This document shows positions 19,062 to 23,438 of a stretch of DNA of 23,438 nucleotides, in pieces (positions within the stretch are counted from its first letter, which is position 1; the number at the start of each line of letters is the position of its first letter). The stretch is from Squalus acanthias (taxonomy: Eukaryota). The translations under genes were made by a program, and so were the position numbers. Where the stretch lies: the NCBI GenBank assembly GCA_030390025.1, contig JASTWF010000342.1:496001-519438 (forward strand), in the 5' to 3' direction. The notes beneath the pieces were generated by a model that saw only the letters and a list, made by a program, of their open reading frames with translations, ran no database searches and was not told the origin of the DNA.

Positions 19062-19499
19062 TCGGAAAATGGCGTCACTCCCGCTCGCCACGTGCGCCGC
19101 GGAAGCCTGTACTCATATAAGATTTTCAAGAGATTGTAAATACGTTGGGAACTCGACATGTTAAGAGTTGGTGTTGATTATTTTTGGTGATGGTGTTATA
19201 GTTAAAAATGATTGTTTGGTTTTGGGTTTTGTTTCTCCTTTCCCTGAATAAAAGACGAATATACAGGTGATACGAGAGGCATCGGCCTGGTTACGCCGGG
19301 AAGGAAAACAAGTAGTGTAAGTTTAAGGGCAAATAATGCCTACGGTGATATAAAATGTAATTTTCTTGGGAAATGAGGACGACACAGAGACCTTAGCTAA
19401 GTTAAAATTATGGGATTAATTTACTGGATTCGGAGAGAAATCGAGATAATATTGCTCACCACTATGATTTTTGATACGATAAGCGGAGTTATTCGCATC

Positions 19500-19510
19500 A
19501 ACAGGAGGGA
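19500..19510 (+). promoter_or_regulatory. Polypurine tract (short)
   Basis: AACAGGAGGGA, 1 nt before the TG of the second LTR at 19512. Confidence 0.7.
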
Positions 19511-19511
19511 C

Positions 19512-21146
19512 TGTAGAATTCGCAATATATCGCGATTTTATTAATAAGGAGAAAACACAAGTTTCGTTCAAACAGCTTTTATTTCAGTAGAATGCTGGCC
19601 AGGTTTAAAGTGGACACAAGCAGCCTGTAAAATGGCCGCCGCACCTCGTGACAGAACATTCTAGACTTTTCAACAGGCAGACAAGATGGCGTTCCAATAA
19701 ACATTTGTGCAAGATCGATTAAGATTCAGCACAGTGAAGATAATACACGAGACATTATGGGTTTGCAGTATACACATAGATACTGAAATCGGTCTCCCAG
19801 GTACAAAGGAAAGCCATTGTACCGAGTAATCAAGGGCCCATCCAAAAGACATTAATATGTAAAATCCCAACGACTCTACGATGAGAGAGCCGTTAGCAGG
19901 TAGTTATACAGGACACTTGGAAGCCCCAAACCCCTCCAGGGAGAACACCGACCGATTTAACAATGGGAGAAATATTAACAGGTACTCAGACATTTACGAG
20001 TAGCCCCGAAACCCATTAAGAACGGAGATCACCCATACAAGACATTTGAGCGCCAAACCCTAAACAAAAGAATGGACATTATAGTTGGGCGGGAAACGGA
20101 AGATTTTGCACTATAATTGCAGGCTCCAAACCGTCCAGCTTTCTCTTATCCTGTGCTCTTATTTCGTAACCTCGTGGCTGCTCCTGTGTACTCGTAGTCG
20201 GGCTCCTGCTTGCCTGTTGACTCTTTGAAAAAGACTGTTGAACTTTCTGATCCGTTCGGATCTACCTCGTGTCGCGTAACGAAGACCTATGTTGGTAACC
20301 GGTATCGGAACCAAAGGCCCGAGATGAGATGAGATGAGATGAGATGAGATGAGAAGAGAGGAAGACATATCCATCGCCACGGTCAGTAAATCCCGACCGC
20401 GCCTGTAGGTCGATTAGCCAAGTTTTCCTCGCCAGGAAGACTTCTTCGAACTTGCAAGGAAACATATCGTATCGATGATATTGACAACTGTGCTCGAAAA
20501 GTACCTGTTAAACCAACCAATATAGATCTTCATCACAGCAGACGTTCCAGCCTGCTAGCCGGAGCAGCAAAAGCAAGTAAACAAGTGGGACCAGGAGATC
20601 TCCTGACCGACACGTGGGTGCTGCGGTGAAAAACATCCGATCAGCTATTCGGAATTTCTCCGAGTTATCACGAGTGGTGAGCATGAGTCTCGAGATCCTA
20701 CGAATCTAGTTTAGGATAGATATTGATAGGGGAGGGTTTAAGGATTAAGGATATTTGTAATGTGTGCCCCTATTTACTTTGTGCCGTTCGTTCCTCGTTT
20801 CCCTAAGATCGACTATATAACTGTTTGTAAGATTGTACTGTCATTAATCTGTGCTTATGACATGTATTTCATAATCTTAAGTATCATGCAATAAAGATTT
20901 TCCATTTCGTACCATTCAAACCGAGGTCTACATGAGTTTCATCTCCATTACTGCTCTCGCATCTAAGTCCAGTGTCTAGAACCGTAAGGGAGAGTGATTC
21001 GAACCACTCACAGGTGTGTCTAGTGTTCCCAGACTGGCTGGAGACCAGAACAGGCAACAAGGCCTAGACCCGCACTGACATACAGGCTGCACAGAGCCGC
21101 GTGAATCTCACAGGCTGCGAGACACGCAGGGTCAGAATCCCTTACA
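19512..21146 (+). repeat. Second LTR (1635 bp), shared between two tandem internal regions
   Basis: By eye it differs from 8452-10086 only by four single-base indels; I saw no substitutions. Confidence 0.96.
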
Positions 21147-21150
21147 GAAA

Positions 21151-23438
21151 ATGGCGACCGCGGCAGGACACTGGCAGCGAGAGGGTAGTGTGTTAGATTT
21201 TGGATGACTGTACGAAATGTTATGCAGGAAAAGATAGCGGATTATGTGTTTGGAAAGGTTAATCTAACTAAGAAATGGATAAGTGAATTGTTAGCGGATA
21301 AGAGCCCACTAGAGGGCAGCTGAAAGGTGGACAGATAGTAAAGAACATAGAAAGACACTTGAGAAAGCAGTCTGGCTTATGTGTTACAAAAGGCAGGTTC
21401 AGATTTCAAACCAGACCATTACAGCGCTAGTAGCTCGAATCAGTTATTTAGAGGGAGAAATGGAGGAGAAGGTTTCTGGAGGGGAGGTGCTCATTAAGAA
21501 TTTAAATGAGTTACACCAAGAAAGCCAGGAAGTCTCCAGTCACCTAAAACAAGGATAGATTATCTCGAGTGCCAGGTCACTGAGGCAAAATTGAATGAGA
21601 GCAGGTTAAAGGAAAGATGTAACCGCCAAGCTGCCCAGATAAGAACTCAAGAAGAGAGCTTGACGGGGGTTAGGGCGGCATATAAGTTGGCCCTTGAGGA
21701 TAAGTTTCAGGAGCCGATCATAGCGCCTGCCAAAGGGAGATAGAGCACCTCAAAAAGGCCGTGAACAATGCGAACGGCATGGTGTGCCTTATCAATCCGT
21801 CGGCGCACCAGCCGCTAGTAAATGAGAGATTTAGAAAATCCCCACCAAGTAAAGCAGAAGAAGTAGTAGCCACTGCGCCCTCCGCGCCACCCAGCTATTC
21901 AGAACCTGGGTTAGGGAGGAAAGCAATGGAAGAAACAAAAGAGCCCATTGAAAAAGAAGTAGGAAAGGGATCGTTATATCCAGTAACGGGTATTAAAAGG
22001 GGCCCAAGCAGAAACGGTGGGGAAGAACCGGGGGATCTCCTCGGACAGCTGGTGTTGCCTCACAGTTCACATCAGCTGAGAGCTATGATAAATCACGTAC
22101 GGAAGCTGACCGAGGGCAGACGACCCTTCCGTACATTTCAGAGAAGTTGAGCAAGCCGCAGCCATTACGGCTGCGATGATGGGGAGACAGCAAAAATGCT
22201 GCTGTTCTCATTAGACAGCTCGGTCCTTCAGTGTCTCTCAGGCGAGAGCAAGAGGGGAACCAAGAGTTATGAGGAATTAAAGAATGAGGTCCTGGAAGTG
22301 TTGGGGGCGAACGATGAAGGTCCGTTTGCTAGAGTGGGACAGACAGTGCAGATGGAGGGAGAACCCCCGAAGGTTTTTGCCGACAGGCTGTGGCCAGTAT
22401 ATGAGCGCAGCTGTCTAGGTGCGCCCGAGCGCGAAGTGTGGAAGGTTTAGCTTTAACTCATTGGCTTAGGTGCATAATAGCCAAAGTTTACCAGCCGTCA
22501 GAGAGCAGGCAAAAGCATGGTTTGATCCCAATGACCCAACATTACGGAAGAGTCGGTCTTGAATCGACTCACGTTAGGTTATCGCAATATAAGGGTATGG
22601 GCAACACGTCCCCTTAAGGAAGAGTACATGAGGTACGACCCGCAGCCCCGTATCAAAGAGAGTGGCATCAGGAGGGTAATCGCGCCCCACAGGCAAGTAA
22701 TGCTTGTTACGGGTGTGGAAGACAGGGCACTGGCGCAAGCATTGCAGGAACCCTTGGAAGGATTCCAAGGATAAAATCCCGCGGTCCGAGCCCAGGCGCC
22801 TGTCCCGGCTAAGGAAGCCAAGGCCACCCCCCCCCCTCCCGACGACCTCGAAGCAGTGTTAGGAGCCATGCGCAAGCTGGTCTTGAATGCGCGTGGACAG
22901 GTGGCGGTCGCAACCGGCCCCGTAGGTGCCGCAGGAACGTCTAATAGTACCCCATGACTAGAACCGGCGCAGCCCGTCTACCTGTGTCCGCTTAGCTATG
23001 ATGCGTGGAGGCGACCTGTGGTGGAGATGGAGGTAGAGAAACAGAAGGGTAGTTATTTGTTGGACACGGGGCTTCTTGCACCATAATCCATACAGATAAC
23101 CCTTTCGACTCGCCGCTATCTACAAGGTCCCATTCACGTTAGCAGGGTTCACAGGAAAAGAACAGGCTGGCACGTTTTCCCTTCCGCTATCCATTCGTTT
23201 AGGAACCACTTCGCCTTAAGTGGAAGTGTATACTGATGGCATGGCAAAAGGGGGGGTGAAAGAGGTATTCTCGGGTCCGATCTCCTAGCGGGACACGGGA
23301 TCCTCGTGGACCTCAGAAATCACTGTCTCTGGGGGGTTCTAAAGGTGAAAAAGGCGAGGGTAATAGTGATTCCGGGGGAGGAAGAAACAGGGGTCCTGTG
23401 TACCGTACAGCCATCCGGAGGCTACGACCTCAGGCTTA
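21151..23438 (+). pseudogene. gag: Second tandem copy of gag and the protease region, truncated by the window end, with many 1-nt indels
   Basis: Colinear with 10091-~12381. About 20 or more single-base indels, mostly in homopolymers, and very few substitutions, consistent with consensus error rather than decay. Confidence 0.9.
21152..21169 (+). promoter_or_regulatory. Second tRNA-Arg PBS
   Basis: Identical to 10092-10109. Confidence 0.9.

Larger units (their letters stand above)
8452..21146 (+). mobile_element. Near-complete endogenous retrovirus, lokiretrovirus-like (LTR-PBS-gag-pol-orfX-env-PPT-LTR, 12.7 kb)
   Basis: Two ~identical 1635-bp TGTA...TACA LTRs and a tRNA PBS. Pol has the retrovirus-type degenerate RNase H tether plus a second RNase H, and env has a long F-like fusion subunit. 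Retroviral identity is clear; the lokiretrovirus assignment is inferred from architecture without a phylogeny. Confidence 0.88.

Noticed and set aside
19247..19252. AATAAA between env and the 3' LTR as a separate env terminator
   Set aside because: A single hexamer in AT-rich sequence with no second copy for comparison; use of it would truncate genomic RNA.
8452..21146. Classification as a Ty3/Gypsy retrotransposon or a foamy virus
   Set aside because: The tether plus second RNase H, late domains and env argue against Gypsy. The CCHC knuckle, Arg PBS, in-frame gag-pol and absence of ORFs between env and LTR argue against a foamy virus, despite YVDD and long LTRs.

Overview
Repeat-rich vertebrate genomic DNA, most likely from a cartilaginous fish (inferred from the style of the CR1 LINE tails and the Harbinger element). 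Bases 1-~5385 are a decayed PIF/Harbinger DNA transposon with convergent Myb/SANT-like (+) and DDE transposase (-) genes. It is interrupted by a CR1 LINE 3' fragment (365-1089) and by a 1.57-kb solo LTR (2914-4488, CAAC target duplication). From 8452 an apparently very young endogenous retrovirus is inserted in an older CR1-like fragment. It has a 1635-bp LTR, an 18-nt tRNA-Arg(TCG) PBS, gag with late domains and one CCHC knuckle, and an intact pol (PR-RT-tether-RNase H-IN) that appears to be joined to gag by UGA-CUAG readthrough. An unexplained ~0.9-kb coding region follows, then a frameshifted env and a second 1635-bp LTR. The env is not gamma- or beta-type: it resembles a paramyxo/pneumovirus F-like class I fusogen (the lokiretrovirus pattern) and carries an N-terminal immunoglobulin-like domain. 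The second LTR is followed directly by another PBS-gag-pro, giving a tandem LTR-internal-LTR-internal array with an 11,060-bp period. Many single-base indels look like long-read consensus errors, so frame-level conclusions need checking against reads.
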